DNA of 64,000 nt from Eubacteriales bacterium (GCA_045124015.1 JBGVLA010000192.1:13412-77411), one strand, 5' to 3'. Shown: positions 45,159 through 55,644, counted from the first letter of the stretch. Numbers and translations: made by a program. The notes: generated by a model from the sequence alone, not told the origin.

Positions 45159-47195
45159 CTATGCGTTTTCCGCAAGGTATTCATCGATCGCCGCACGCAA
45201 GGAAGTAAGCGCGCTGGCAACCGTATAGCTCTTCATCTGGACCGCCGCGGAGTCAAAATGACCGCCGCCGCCCATCTTTTCGAGGATCAGCTGTACATTG
45301 ATCTTGCTCTGCGAACGCGCCGATATATGTACCGTATCGCCGATTCGACAAAGAGCAAATGCCGCCATGACGCCCTCAACATTGAGAAGTCTGTCCGCTG
45401 CACGCGCCGCATTGATGCGCACCGCCGCGGAATTGCCATCGTCCTCATTCAGAGCGATCGCCATCACGGATTTATAGATCACGACGTTACTTTCAAAGCT
45501 TGCCTCAGAAAGGAAATCATCGATCTCCATCTTAAAGAATGCCTGTGCATCCGCAGGATTTGCGCCTTCTCCGCGCAGATACATTGCGGAAGAGAAGGTT
45601 CTCACACCCGTATTGCGCGTAAACATCTTGGTATCCAGAAGCATACCCGCAAGCAGGAAGTCCGCCTCCACCTTGGGAAGCGTACCGGGGAGAAGCACCT
45701 GCTCCAAAAATTCACTGAGAAGCTCCGATGCAGAGCTTGCAGAAGGTTCGATATAAACGATCTTCGGCTTCATCGTGAATTCCGCCGTTTTTCTGTGGTG
45801 GTCGATGATGACAACATCGCGGACCGTATTGACAACGTCAGGCGCTTCACAGAAATCGATATTGTTGACGTCCACCACGACCGCAAGCGTGCCGCTTCGG
45901 ATCAGATCCTGTGCCTCTGTCTTATCGACGAAAATATTTTCGTATTCCGGCATATTTTCGATGCGCTTAAAGCAGGGGGCGATCGCCTTCGTGGATTTAT
46001 CGGTAACGATCAACGCATCCGCACCGCAGAAGTGAGCGAGACGGAAAATGGCAAGACAGGAAGCAAATGCGTCAAAGTCCGGGAATTTATGTCCCATAAT
46101 GAGAACGTTTTCCGCAGAGGCAAGAAGCGAAAGCAATTCGTTTGCGATCACGCGCGCACGAACCTTGGTTCTCTTTTGTACGGTCTTGGTCTTACCGCCA
46201 TAGTATTCATAGCCCTCAAGCGTTTTGATAACGACCTGGTCGCCGCCGCGCTGAAGCGCCATATCGAGCGCCGATTGCGTTGCGCGCTCTTTTTCATAAA
46301 GTGTACCGGAGATCACCGCAATACCCATGGAGATGGTAACGGGGAGCGTCGTTTCACCGACGTAGATCTCTCGGATATCGTCGAGCATGGAGAAACGGTC
46401 CTTTGTGAATTCCGCAAGATTTTCCTTTGCAAAAACACACATAAATTTATTATGACCATAACTGCGGACGACACCGCCTATTTTTTCGATATAACGGCGC
46501 AGGATCGTCTCAACGTCGCTCGCCGCAGAAGCATACAGCTCCTGCACATACTGCATCAGCTCGTCAAGGTTATCGATCATGGCATAGGCAATGATCGTAT
46601 CCTCGTCCTCGAGACGCTTTTCCAGCTTTTTCTCCTCCGTGATGTTTTCAAAGATCGTAATATAATAATCCTTGCCGCGGGACGCCGTTTGATATCCCTT
46701 GGCAACGAAAACATCGGTGTCGCCCTCCGCGATCTCACCCGCGGAGATAAAGGATACCTCGACCTTGCCCTCGCTTCCCATGATGCGCTCGACCGTCGCA
46801 TTACAAATGCTGTCGAGATACTTACCGTATAAAACGCCCTTACCATGGAAATTGGCGGAAAGCGCACTGTTATACCAAACGATCTTGCCCTTATCGTCGC
46901 AGATGAGGACGGGCATATATAATTTCTGGATAAAATCCAGCGAAAGTGTTCCGAAAATCGAGCCTTTGATCTCTATGAAATCGCCTGTTTTCATACGTTT
47001 GCGTACGATACCGATCACCGCGATCAAGGCGAGTGTGAAAATATAAATGCCAAGCGCCCAATACAGCACCGTTGTCGGCTCCATGTCTGAGTAAGCCATG
47101 ACGATCATGGAAAGCGCAAGCGCGATCACGCCGAGCGCACCGCAGATGATTGCGACAACAGGCACGTTAAAATGTCTTTTTTCCTTATCCGGCAT
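45159..47195 (-). CDS. gdpP: Cyclic-di-AMP phosphodiesterase GdpP (2 TM, PAS-like, degenerate GGDEF, DHH/DHHA1)
   Basis: 678 aa. Two N-terminal TM helices, DHH motif (IIDHHRK), DHHA1 GGGH motif (MGGGGH). Synteny with a yybS-like gene upstream. Confidence 0.88.
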   Translation of the reverse strand: MPDKEKRHFNVPVVAIICGALGVIALALSMIVMAYSDMEPTTVLYWALGIYIFTLALIAVIGIVRKRMKTGDFIEIKGSIFGTLSLDFIQKLYMPVLICDDKGKIVWYNSALSANFHGKGVLYGKYLDSICNATVERIMGSEGKVEVSFISAGEIAEGDTDVFVAKGYQTASRGKDYYITIFENITEEKKLEKRLEDEDTIIAYAMIDNLDELMQYVQELYASAASDVETILRRYIEKIGGVVRSYGHNKFMCVFAKENLAEFTKDRFSMLDDIREIYVGETTLPVTISMGIAVISGTLYEKERATQSALDMALQRGGDQVVIKTLEGYEYYGGKTKTVQKRTKVRARVIANELLSLLASAENVLIMGHKFPDFDAFASCLAIFRLAHFCGADALIVTDKSTKAIAPCFKRIENMPEYENIFVDKTEAQDLIRSGTLAVVVDVNNIDFCEAPDVVNTVRDVVIIDHHRKTAEFTMKPKIVYIEPSASSASELLSEFLEQVLLPGTLPKVEADFLLAGMLLDTKMFTRNTGVRTFSSAMYLRGEGANPADAQAFFKMEIDDFLSEASFESNVVIYKSVMAIALNEDDGNSAAVRINAARAADRLLNVEGVMAAFALCRIGDTVHISARSQSKINVQLILEKMGGGGHFDSAAVQMKSYTVASALTSLRAAIDEYLAENA

Positions 47196-47237
47196 ATCAT
47201 ATTCCCTCCTTTCGATGATGAAGGCCTTTTCAAAGCC

Positions 47238-48323
47238 TTACTGTTTTTTGTTTTTTTCGGCTTCCACCGCGTGCATGGCAGAGATCGTCTGCGCGCCAAG
47301 AAAGGCAAGCGCAAAAAGCGCCACCGCGATCGCTACCGAGGGCACCAAAAAGAGTCCGAAAACGAAGATCGCCACGATCATGCTCGTACCCATGCGATAC
47401 ATCGGATGCTTCAAGCGCACAAAGAGGACACGGACACCGCAAAGCAGCATCGTCGGCAAAAGCGAGAGCCACAGATTCGTCATAATGATGATGAACGCTG
47501 AATCTGCCGCGGCGATAAACGACCCGATCACATAGATGATCGCAACCGCAATATACACGATACAGGAGACCTGCGTCGGAACGAGCCTCCATTGCGGAGC
47601 AGGCAAAAGCGCCTCCACGTGCGTAAGACAGGCAACGGCACGAAAAGCCGCGATCTCTGCATACGCAAGAAGCTGGATCATCAAGATCAAAAGTCCGGGA
47701 AGCATCAGCTGAAGCATATCCACAGCCGTTTCCATGCCATCCAGATACGAATCCAGAAGCATTTCCTTCGTAATTTCCATTTGCGCATAAAGCGCAAGCG
47801 TTTTTTCGTCGATACCCTCGACCCATTCGTGTACGACGGTGGAAAACTCGACCTTCAGATCGCCGAAAAACGCATTATAAGAATCCAAAAGATCGTTCGG
47901 CGCAAGCGAACCTCCGTCCAGCGCGTAAAACACCGCCGCGAGAAAAAGAAAACCACCGCCAAGGATCAAGGACAGCGTAACGAGAGCCGTCGTTTTCGGC
48001 GCACGGCGGCGCACTTGATAAGAAAGCGCAAGAGCGGCAATAAGCATCACCAATCCGCACAGCGAAGCGGAAAAGCCGCCTAAAATCTGCAAAAGCATCA
48101 CCGAGACTGAGGCGCCGACTGCCATCAAGACAGGGTGGCTCGCCGTCAGAAAAAGAACAGCGAAGATGCCGCCCATCACGGCAAGTAAAAGCATACCCAA
48201 TACCTGCGAGCCCGCAAACATCAGCCATGCGGCAAGTGCCGCTACAGCACACATGGCAAGCAGAAGCACGACGGGACGACGCTTTGCCGAAAAATATGTT
48301 GATTGTTGTTGTGTTTGATCCAT
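47238..48323 (-). CDS. DUF2232 (YybS-like) polytopic membrane protein
   Basis: 361 aa and highly hydrophobic. Its position immediately upstream of gdpP matches the Bacillus yybS-yybT arrangement. Confidence 0.7.
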   Translation of the reverse strand: MDQTQQQSTYFSAKRRPVVLLLAMCAVAALAAWLMFAGSQVLGMLLLAVMGGIFAVLFLTASHPVLMAVGASVSVMLLQILGGFSASLCGLVMLIAALALSYQVRRRAPKTTALVTLSLILGGGFLFLAAVFYALDGGSLAPNDLLDSYNAFFGDLKVEFSTVVHEWVEGIDEKTLALYAQMEITKEMLLDSYLDGMETAVDMLQLMLPGLLILMIQLLAYAEIAAFRAVACLTHVEALLPAPQWRLVPTQVSCIVYIAVAIIYVIGSFIAAADSAFIIIMTNLWLSLLPTMLLCGVRVLFVRLKHPMYRMGTSMIVAIFVFGLFLVPSVAIAVALFALAFLGAQTISAMHAVEAEKNKKQ

Positions 48324-48349
48324 ATTAAACCTTCAAATGATACGCGGAA

Positions 48350-49309
48350 TCAATCCTCTTCCTTGGGCGCATACATCTGTTCCATAATGCGCTTATTGAA
48401 TTCCTCCGCGGTATTATATCCCATACGGCGCTGACGGTTGTTCATCGCCGCAATTTCCAAAATGATCGCCAAATTTCGGCCGGGACGAACCGGGATCGTC
48501 GTAGTTACGATCTCGTTGCCGAGAATATTGGTGGTCTCCATTTCAAGACCGATGCGATCGTATATCTTATTTTTATCCCAAGGCTCAAGCTTAATGATCA
48601 TATCGACCTTTTCACTCATCTTAACGGCACCCATACCGAAAATGCGGCGGATATCCACGATACCGATACCGCGAAGCTCCATAAAGTGGCGAATGATCTC
48701 AGGTGCTGAGCCGACGATGGTCTTAGCGGATACACGCTTCAGCTCAACCGCATCGTCCGCGATCAAGCGATGACCGCGCTTTACAAGCTCGATCGCCGTT
48801 TCACTCTTACCAACGCCGCTTTCGCCGAGGATCAAGATACCTTCGCCGTATACTTCAATGAGAACGCCGTGGCGTGTGATTCTGGGCGCGAGATGGATAT
48901 TGAGAGATGCGATAAGAGAAGACTGGAAATCCATCGTGAGCTCCTTAGTACGCGCAAGCGGAATGCCGTACGCTTTCGCAGCCTCCATCATTTCATCAAA
49001 CACATCAAGTCCCGAAGAAATGATAAAGAGCGGCGGGTGATGAGAAGCCAACATATTCAAGCGCTCCAAACGTTCCTCGCTGCCGAGAGACGCCAAATAC
49101 TGATGCTCCGCTTTGCCGAAAAGCTGGATACGCTTTTCATTAAAATATTCATAGAAGCCCGCAAGCGCAAGACCCGGACGGTTGACACCGTGGTCGGAGA
49201 CCTTCACCTTTTTGTCCTCGGGCATATAAAGCACCTCAAGCTTGAATTCTTCAACAAGCTTTTTCACCGAAACGCTATATTCCGTGTCTACTGCAGAAAA
49301 ATCTTCCAT
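48350..49309 (-). CDS. hprK: HPr kinase/phosphorylase
   Basis: Start at ATG 49309 (GGGAG RBS). P-loop GESGVGKSETAIELVKRGHRLIADD and the downstream LRGIGIVD block. Confidence 0.92.
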   Translation of the reverse strand: MEDFSAVDTEYSVSVKKLVEEFKLEVLYMPEDKKVKVSDHGVNRPGLALAGFYEYFNEKRIQLFGKAEHQYLASLGSEERLERLNMLASHHPPLFIISSGLDVFDEMMEAAKAYGIPLARTKELTMDFQSSLIASLNIHLAPRITRHGVLIEVYGEGILILGESGVGKSETAIELVKRGHRLIADDAVELKRVSAKTIVGSAPEIIRHFMELRGIGIVDIRRIFGMGAVKMSEKVDMIIKLEPWDKNKIYDRIGLEMETTNILGNEIVTTTIPVRPGRNLAIILEIAAMNNRQRRMGYNTAEEFNKRIMEQMYAPKEED

Positions 49310-49447
49310 AATAATAACTCCCTTCAAAATTATACAAGGATACATTTTAATTATACCCTAAAAAGGAAATGATTGCAACTCATATTTTTATATTTTTATG
49401 CAAATATTATCAATATCACAAATAAAAATCGAAAGGATGTGAGATTT

Positions 49448-50083
49448 TTGGCAGCAATTTTGGTCCGAACGCTCTTGATCTATCTCATTTTGATCTGCAC
49501 GATGCGTTTTTCCGGAAAACGGCAGATCGGCGAGATGCAGATCTCCGAGCTTGCCACCACATTTTTGCTCTCCGAGCTCGCATCCGTTCCGCTCACCGAT
49601 CCGACGATTCCCTTTTTGCACGCACTGTTACCGATCCTCACCATCGTTTCCACGGAGATCGTCTTTTCGTTTTTGGCAACCAAATGGACCATTGCCAAAA
49701 CGCTCCTTGATGGCAAGCCGAGCATCATCGTCAAGCGCGGACAGCTTCAAAAAAAGGAAATGGAACGTATGCGCCTTTCCTTGGATGATCTTCTTTGTGA
49801 GCTCAGGCTCAAGGATATTTCTTCCCTATCCGAGGTCGATTATGCGATCCTGGAATCCAACGGCAAGCTTTCCGTCTTCCCTCGGACAGCGGCTCCGCTT
49901 TCTCATGTGCTGATCGTGGATGGTGTTCTGCAAAAGGATATGCTCGCAGCCTTGGAAAAAAGCGAAGCATGGCTCCGTACGCTGCTCAAAAAGCAAGGGA
50001 TCTCCGATATGCGGGAAATATTCCTATTGTCCGTTGCGGATGATAACAGTCTTACACTCATACGGAAGGAGGATTGCAAATGA
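49448..50083 (+). CDS. DUF421 (YetF-like) membrane protein
   Basis: TMRFSGKRQIGEMQISELA...KPSIIVKRGQL...LRLKDI blocks. Start uncertain (TTG 49448 or GTG 49439 after AAAGGA). The track start 49373 lies in the AT-rich promoter region. Confidence 0.7.
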   Translation: MAAILVRTLLIYLILICTMRFSGKRQIGEMQISELATTFLLSELASVPLTDPTIPFLHALLPILTIVSTEIVFSFLATKWTIAKTLLDGKPSIIVKRGQLQKKEMERMRLSLDDLLCELRLKDISSLSEVDYAILESNGKLSVFPRTAAPLSHVLIVDGVLQKDMLAALEKSEAWLRTLLKKQGISDMREIFLLSVADDNSLTLIRKEDCK

Positions 50084-50463
50084 AGACCTTTTTGATCGCA
50101 CTTTTGCTTTTGCTCCTCATCGTCGGCTTCGTTATTTGGAATACCATCGACCTGCAAAAAACACTGCACGAGCTGATCGCGCTCACCGAAGCACTCCCTT
50201 TTGAAGCATCGGAATTTCGTCAAAGCCCCGAAACCCAAGAGATCGTGGAAAAGCTTTATCACCTTTGGGATAAAGAATTCAACCGCATCGTCTTCACGAG
50301 CGGTTATTTGAACTGCAATCGCGCAGACGAAGAGCTTACGGCGCTCTTTATTCATTACCGAAATAACAACGCCGAGGATTTTACACATGCGCGTCTGCTT
50401 CTTTGGGATAGCCTTTGCCGACTGAAAACCCTTGAGGGCTTCCATTTTGACAGCATTTTCTAG
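50080..50463 (+). CDS. DUF4363-like small membrane-anchored protein
   Basis: ATGA overlap with the DUF421 gene. N-terminal TM helix, then a helical domain. This pairing is common in Firmicutes. Confidence 0.6.
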   Translation: MKTFLIALLLLLLIVGFVIWNTIDLQKTLHELIALTEALPFEASEFRQSPETQEIVEKLYHLWDKEFNRIVFTSGYLNCNRADEELTALFIHYRNNNAEDFTHARLLLWDSLCRLKTLEGFHFDSIF

Positions 50464-50491
50464 CGGCGAGTCGCCGCACCCAAAAAACCGC

Positions 50492-50520
50492 AAAAAACTC
50501 CCGACCATATGGTCGGGAGT
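50492..50520 (-). terminator. Terminator downstream of the SBP gene
   Basis: Stem ACTCCCGACC/GGTCGGGAGT with loop ATAT, followed on the minus strand by T6. Confidence 0.8.
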
Positions 50521-50534
50521 CTCGAAAAACGATA

Positions 50535-52322
50535 TCAATTTTCTTCTTCTCTTGCCGCTGCAGCTTTTACGGATTCAAGATACTGAACGTAATCTTTGAG
50601 TTCTACCTTTGTGAAGAGCTGAACGCCCCAATAGTCGTTCTTGAAGCCGGAAAGCTTATCGGAAACAACGTAAGCGTTGGTATTGAAGATAACGGGAACG
50701 ATTGCTGCATCTTCGATGAGGAGTGCTTCTGCTTCATGGAGAATTTCTGCTCTCTTATCTGCATCGGTTTCTGCGAATGCACTTTCGATAAGTGCGTTGT
50801 AATCGTCGTTATCATAGCCTGTTACGGGAACAGCATCGCCGCTGTATGTGCTGGAGAATGCAGCAAGGTTATAAAGCGGATATACGGAGATCGCCTGGAA
50901 GTCCATACCGATGATTTCATAGTCGCCGCTCTTGTATGCTTCTTCGTATGCAGCGTTGTCAAGCGCGTTGACAACGACATTGAAGCCAAGCTCGTTCCAT
51001 ACGTTCTTCGCATATTCTGCGATCGCGTATTCGTTGCTCATGTAGCCCTTCTGAGCGGACTGATAGCTATCGTTCTTTTCATCCTTGCGGATCACGAGAT
51101 AGAGGTCATCGTAATCATAAGGATCGATGCCGTTATCAGCGAGAAGCTTCTGTGCACCCTGAACATCGCCGTAAACGTTGATAAGAGGATCGCTTTCTTC
51201 GCGGAAGGATGTCTTCTTGTCGGTATTGAATACCTTATCGCTGAGAAGACCGGTTGCCGCTTCTGTTTCAAGGCCTACAAGACCTGCGATGTAATCTCTG
51301 TCAAGAGCCATGGAGAACGCCTTACGGATGATCTGTTCTTCAAATGCATCGGAACCGATATTGAAGCAGAATACGAAAGTAGACGCTTCTTTTTCGATCT
51401 GAACGTCATTATACATTTCAGCAGTCGCAAGGGTGAGACCGGAGATGTAGAAGATCTGATTATCGAAAAGATCGTATACGTCGGTCTGATCGGTGGTGCT
51501 TACGATTTCTTTATCGATGGGAAGATCGTAACGGATGGTGATTCTGTAAGGTGTTACGAATTTATCGATCGCTTCGGTGCTGACTTCCTGGTTGAGGTAG
51601 TAGTACTTGGAACGTTCGAGGATCACGAGTTCTGTGGGATCATCGGAGAATTTCTTTACACGGAACGGACCGTTGCAGGAAAGGTCAGTCGCGCTTCTGG
51701 ACCATGTGTTAGGATAGGAAACGACCTTGTTTTCGCGGAGCGGAACGAGAGCCGGGCTGGATGTATTGTAAAGGAATTCGTCGATATCTGCACCCTCTTC
51801 AAATTCAACGATGAATTTGGTCGTGGTGGTCGCATAAAGACCGATGTCATAAATGGAGATCTCGCCTTCTTTTGCAGCCTTTGCGCCCTTGATGCAATAA
51901 AGCATGGAAGCAGCTGTGGAATCAAAATCGGGGTCGAGGATACGGCGCCAAGCGTAGATAACATCGTTCGCCTGAACAACAGAACCGTCGCTCCAGTGTG
52001 TATCGTTAATGGTGATCTCAAGCTTTTCTTCGCCGGTCTCAGGATCTTCGATGATCTCCCAGTCCTTTGCCAAAGCTTTTTTGAGATTGCCGTTCTTGTC
52101 AAGTTTTGTAAGACCTTCAAAAATGAGGTTGAGGATCTTTACCGCGTTTTCGTCTGTGTACGAGATCGCAGGGTCAAGGTTCATAACCTTTTTGCCCATG
52201 TAGATTTCAAGTTCCGCACCCTTCTGCGCGGGGTCGTCTTTCGCGATTTTGGAACAACCGGTTGCGAAAAGAACGCTGACGCACATCGTGAGCGCAAGCA
52301 GGAAAGCCAATACCTTCTTCAT
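50535..52322 (-). CDS. ABC transporter substrate-binding lipoprotein, family 5 (peptide/oligosaccharide type); no cognate permease or ATPase nearby
   Basis: Start at ATG 52322 (MKKVLAFLLALTMCVSVLFATGCS lipobox; GGAGGA RBS). About 595 aa, family-5 SBP-like throughout. Confidence 0.8.
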   Translation of the reverse strand: MKKVLAFLLALTMCVSVLFATGCSKIAKDDPAQKGAELEIYMGKKVMNLDPAISYTDENAVKILNLIFEGLTKLDKNGNLKKALAKDWEIIEDPETGEEKLEITINDTHWSDGSVVQANDVIYAWRRILDPDFDSTAASMLYCIKGAKAAKEGEISIYDIGLYATTTTKFIVEFEEGADIDEFLYNTSSPALVPLRENKVVSYPNTWSRSATDLSCNGPFRVKKFSDDPTELVILERSKYYYLNQEVSTEAIDKFVTPYRITIRYDLPIDKEIVSTTDQTDVYDLFDNQIFYISGLTLATAEMYNDVQIEKEASTFVFCFNIGSDAFEEQIIRKAFSMALDRDYIAGLVGLETEAATGLLSDKVFNTDKKTSFREESDPLINVYGDVQGAQKLLADNGIDPYDYDDLYLVIRKDEKNDSYQSAQKGYMSNEYAIAEYAKNVWNELGFNVVVNALDNAAYEEAYKSGDYEIIGMDFQAISVYPLYNLAAFSSTYSGDAVPVTGYDNDDYNALIESAFAETDADKRAEILHEAEALLIEDAAIVPVIFNTNAYVVSDKLSGFKNDYWGVQLFTKVELKDYVQYLESVKAAAAREEEN

Positions 52323-52543
52323 AATTTGTATATTCCTCCGACTAATAAAATGATAATACCGCCAAAAATCTTCCAAAATTTCCGCGATACAAAAAAGGGG
52401 ATTCCATTGGTATATTATATTATAACACTAAGTTACCCCATAAATCAAACCTTTGTTTTGCAATTGGAAAAGATTCTACCTATTCCACAATTTGATGATA
52501 TCAAAATTGGGCATCTCGCACAATCTTTTTTCAAAATCTCACG

Positions 52544-53548
52544 TCAAATTACCGCTTTTTGCGCGTATTCCGATAAGAGCCGCTCAAATATCCGATAATT
52601 TTCAAGGGAAACACCCGGCGGCGTCTGGTGATCGCAGGACGGAACAAAGCCGCCTGAGCGCATCACGGGCAGAAGTCTTTCAAATTCTGCGCGCATCGCC
52701 GCTTCCCCCTTCGGCATGGTCATCTTATCAAAACCACCGAGAAAAAGAAAATCGGGATACATCTCTCGCAAGCGCACAAGATCGACACCTGCTTGGCGTT
52801 CCAAAGGAAGAACACCGTCCACACCCGCACGCATGAGCCATGGGATCATCATGGAAACATCACCATCCGTATCCACGATGACCTTCGTTCCGTATTTTTT
52901 GATCTCGGGGATGATACGCTGATAATACGGAAGCAAAAATTCATCGAAAAGCGCCTCGGAAAGCATCGGCCCGTTGTTATAGCTCATATCCTCTGAGATC
53001 ACCATAAAATCGGGGTGGCATATCTCATATATCTTCGGAAGCTCTCCGATGATATAATCGGCAAGATCCGAACAGATACGATGATAAAGCTCGGGCTCAT
53101 CGTAAAACGAATACAAATGATTCTCGATTCCGAGAAGCGTTCGCGGAAACCAGAAGAAGCCGTCATAAGAATACCAGAGAATGGCATCGCCTTTTTCATG
53201 CTCGTCCCGAAGAGATCTCAAGATATTCAGCTTATTCCGATAATTTTCAGCAGTTTCATCGGGATAAAGATATCGCTTGAAGGCATCGTATTCCTCTGCA
53301 GATTCGATGAGCGGTCCGCCATGAAAAGCAGGTTTTGGACAATCCGGCGTTTCAAGCGGCATCCAGATGCGACGAATAAAATCAAGTCCCAAATGCGTCT
53401 GGATCCGATCCCACGGGATCTCTCTTGAAAGACCCTCGCCATACCAGCGGTCAAGCGTCGCGCCCCACCAGCCTGCCCATTCGACCATAGGAAGCCTGTC
53501 GGGCTTTTCAAAATTCATCACCGCGCGAAAGCGTTCAACACTTGTCAT
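52544..53548 (-). CDS. Uroporphyrinogen decarboxylase (URO-D) family protein (MtaA/CmuA-like fold)
   Basis: 334 aa. ERFRAVMNFEKPDRLPMVEW opening and the C-terminal GGFVPSCDHQTPPGV are typical of the URO-D-like superfamily. True substrate unknown. Confidence 0.7.
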   Translation of the reverse strand: MTSVERFRAVMNFEKPDRLPMVEWAGWWGATLDRWYGEGLSREIPWDRIQTHLGLDFIRRIWMPLETPDCPKPAFHGGPLIESAEEYDAFKRYLYPDETAENYRNKLNILRSLRDEHEKGDAILWYSYDGFFWFPRTLLGIENHLYSFYDEPELYHRICSDLADYIIGELPKIYEICHPDFMVISEDMSYNNGPMLSEALFDEFLLPYYQRIIPEIKKYGTKVIVDTDGDVSMMIPWLMRAGVDGVLPLERQAGVDLVRLREMYPDFLFLGGFDKMTMPKGEAAMRAEFERLLPVMRSGGFVPSCDHQTPPGVSLENYRIFERLLSEYAQKAVI

Positions 53549-53701
53549 GTTCTATCCACCACATCCTTTCGTCTCTCCCAAAATCAAGGAGTATGTATTT
53601 TGAATATTTCTACTTTTTCATTATATCATACCATTCCGAAAAAATCAATAAAAGTTCGCAGAAACATTCTTGATTTCTTGTGAAATTTTTTCAAAAAACT
53701 C

Positions 53702-53730
53702 TTGCATTTCCATAAAAAGCGTAATATAAT
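53702..53730 (+). promoter_or_regulatory. Promoter of the serS T-box leader
   Basis: TTGCAT (53702-53707), 17 nt, TATAAT (53725-53730). Confidence 0.75.
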
Positions 53731-53734
53731 AAAA

Positions 53735-53957
53735 GAGCAATGAAGGAAACCGCAATCGAATTTCGTGTTTGCAGAGAAGCGGCGGTCGGTGCAAGCCGCA
53801 ACACCTCTCGTTTGTGTCCATTTCCGGAGCATATGATGAAAGTCATGGGTCCGTACCCCTTAACGTACGATCAAAGAGAGGTCGCCCTCTGGCGGCAATT
53901 TGGGTGGCAACACGGAGTCTTTTCGTCCCATATATATGAGGGATGAGAAGGCTTTTT
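53735..53957 (+). promoter_or_regulatory. T-box riboswitch (tRNA-Ser) including its terminator
   Basis: AGAGAAG and GGTGCAA stem-I motifs. Conserved T-box sequence AATTTGGGTGGCAACACGG (53897-53915). 13-bp terminator stem GTCTTTTCGTCCC/GGGATGAGAAGGC (53917-53952) followed by T5. Possible specifier UCC-A at GTGTCCA (tentative). Confidence 0.85.
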
Positions 53958-54002
53958 CTATACCATAAAAAATCTATCTTAAATAAAAGGAGAAACAAAA
54001 CC

Positions 54003-55295
54003 ATGCTTGATCTCAGATTTCTTCGAGAAAACCCCGAAATCGTAAAGCAAAACATCAAAAACAAATTCCAGGATGCAAAGCTTCCTCTTGTAGACGAAGT
54101 CATCGCCCTTGATGAAGAAAACCGCAAGGCAAAGCAGGAAGCCGACGCGCTCCGCGCAAACCGCAACAAGGTCTCCAAGACCATCGGTATGTATATGGCA
54201 AAGGGCATGAAGGAAGAGGCTGAAGCTGCTAAAAAGCTCGTTACCGAAAATTCCGAAAAGCTCGCTGCTCTTGAAGCAAAGGAAATCGAAATGGAAGAAA
54301 AGATCACCAAGATCATGATGACCATTCCGAATATCATCGATCCCTCCGTTCCGATCGGTAAGGACGACAGCGAAAACGTAGAGGTTCAGCGTTACGGCGA
54401 GCCCGTCGTTCCGGATTTCGAGATCCCCTACCACAGCGACATCATGGAATCCTTCAGCGGCATCGACCTGGATTCCGCACGCCGCGTTGCAGGCAACGGC
54501 TTCTACTATCTCATGGGCGATATCGCTCGTCTCCATTCCGCCGTTATCAGCTATGCCCGCGACTTCATGATCGACCGCGGCTTCACCTACTGCATCCCGC
54601 CCTACATGATCCGCTCGAGCGTCGTAACAGGTGTTATGAGCTTTGCGGAAATGGAAGCCATGATGTATAAGATCGAAGGCGAAGACCTCTACCTGATCGG
54701 CACCAGCGAACACTCCATGATCGGTAAGTTCATCGATCAGATCGTAGAAGAAAAAGAGCTTCCCTACACGCTCACAAGCTATTCTCCCTGCTTCCGCAAG
54801 GAAAAAGGCGCGCACGGCATCGAAGAACGCGGTGTTTACCGTATCCACCAGTTTGAAAAGCAGGAAATGGTCGTTGTCTGCAAGCCCGAAGAAAGCCCCG
54901 TCTGGTTCGATAAGCTCTGGCAGAACACCGTTGATCTTTTCCGTTCGCTCGATATTCCCGTTCGTACGCTTGAATGCTGCTCGGGCGACCTTGCAGACCT
55001 CAAGGTGAAATCCGTTGACGTTGAGGCTTGGTCTCCCCGCCAGAAGAAGTATTTTGAAGTCGGCAGCTGCTCCAACCTTGGTGATGCACAGGCTCGCCGC
55101 CTCAAGATCCGCGTAAACGGCGCAGACGGCAAGAAATATCTTGCTCACACACTCAACAACACCGTTGTTGCTCCCCCTCGTATGCTCATCGCATTCCTTG
55201 AAAACAATCTCAATGCTGACGGCTCCGTCAACATCCCCGTTGTGCTCCGTCCTTACATGGGCGGCAAGGAAAAGCTTATCCCCACAAAGAAATAA
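54003..55295 (+). CDS. serS: Serine--tRNA ligase
   Basis: Start at ATG 54003 (MLDLRFLRENPEIV). Coiled-coil arm and class II motifs (FRKEKGAHG, TLNNTVVAPPR). Confidence 0.93.
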   Translation: MLDLRFLRENPEIVKQNIKNKFQDAKLPLVDEVIALDEENRKAKQEADALRANRNKVSKTIGMYMAKGMKEEAEAAKKLVTENSEKLAALEAKEIEMEEKITKIMMTIPNIIDPSVPIGKDDSENVEVQRYGEPVVPDFEIPYHSDIMESFSGIDLDSARRVAGNGFYYLMGDIARLHSAVISYARDFMIDRGFTYCIPPYMIRSSVVTGVMSFAEMEAMMYKIEGEDLYLIGTSEHSMIGKFIDQIVEEKELPYTLTSYSPCFRKEKGAHGIEERGVYRIHQFEKQEMVVVCKPEESPVWFDKLWQNTVDLFRSLDIPVRTLECCSGDLADLKVKSVDVEAWSPRQKKYFEVGSCSNLGDAQARRLKIRVNGADGKKYLAHTLNNTVVAPPRMLIAFLENNLNADGSVNIPVVLRPYMGGKEKLIPTKK

Positions 55296-55308
55296 GACGA
55301 TAATAGCA

Positions 55309-55338
55309 AAAAAATCCACCTTTCGGTGGATTTTTTGC
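55309..55338 (+). terminator. serS terminator
   Basis: Stem ATCCACC/GGTGGAT with loop TTTC, flanked by an A-run and T6. Confidence 0.8.
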
Positions 55339-55371
55339 TTTTTCTTTCTCCGAAGAGAAAAAGACGCAACA

Positions 55372-55400
55372 AAAAAGGATGGCATACGCCATCCTTTTTG
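55372..55400 (-). terminator. Terminator downstream of the small membrane protein gene
   Basis: Stem AGGATGGC/GCCATCCT with loop ATAC, flanked by A and T runs. Confidence 0.75.
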
Positions 55401-55410
55401 TTTCATAAAA

Positions 55411-55644
55411 TTAGTCGATCCACCAAACTTCGCCCTTAACAAGCACGCAAATAAGGTCGATAAGCCATACGAAAGGAATACCAACGATCAGCAATACGAT
55501 AGCAAGAACGATGCCAACCACATTCTTCTTTTCAAGGCTTCTGCAAAGACGGTAAATAACCCAAATGATATCAAGCGCAGGGATGCAAAGGATAAGTTTA
55601 ACAAGCTTGGGCAAACCAGCCATAGCGTCAATCAAAGCTTTCAT
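55411..55644 (-). CDS. Small two-TM membrane protein
   Basis: 77 aa. GGAGAA RBS. Two hydrophobic helices. No recognisable family motif. Confidence 0.55.
   Translation of the reverse strand: MKALIDAMAGLPKLVKLILCIPALDIIWVIYRLCRSLEKKNVVGIVLAIVLLIVGIPFVWLIDLICVLVKGEVWWID

Noticed and set aside
53626-53946. Small ORFs 53626..53832 (minus) and 53740..53946 (plus) upstream of serS.
   Set aside because: They coincide with the promoter and T-box leader RNA, whose conserved motifs and terminator account for the sequence.
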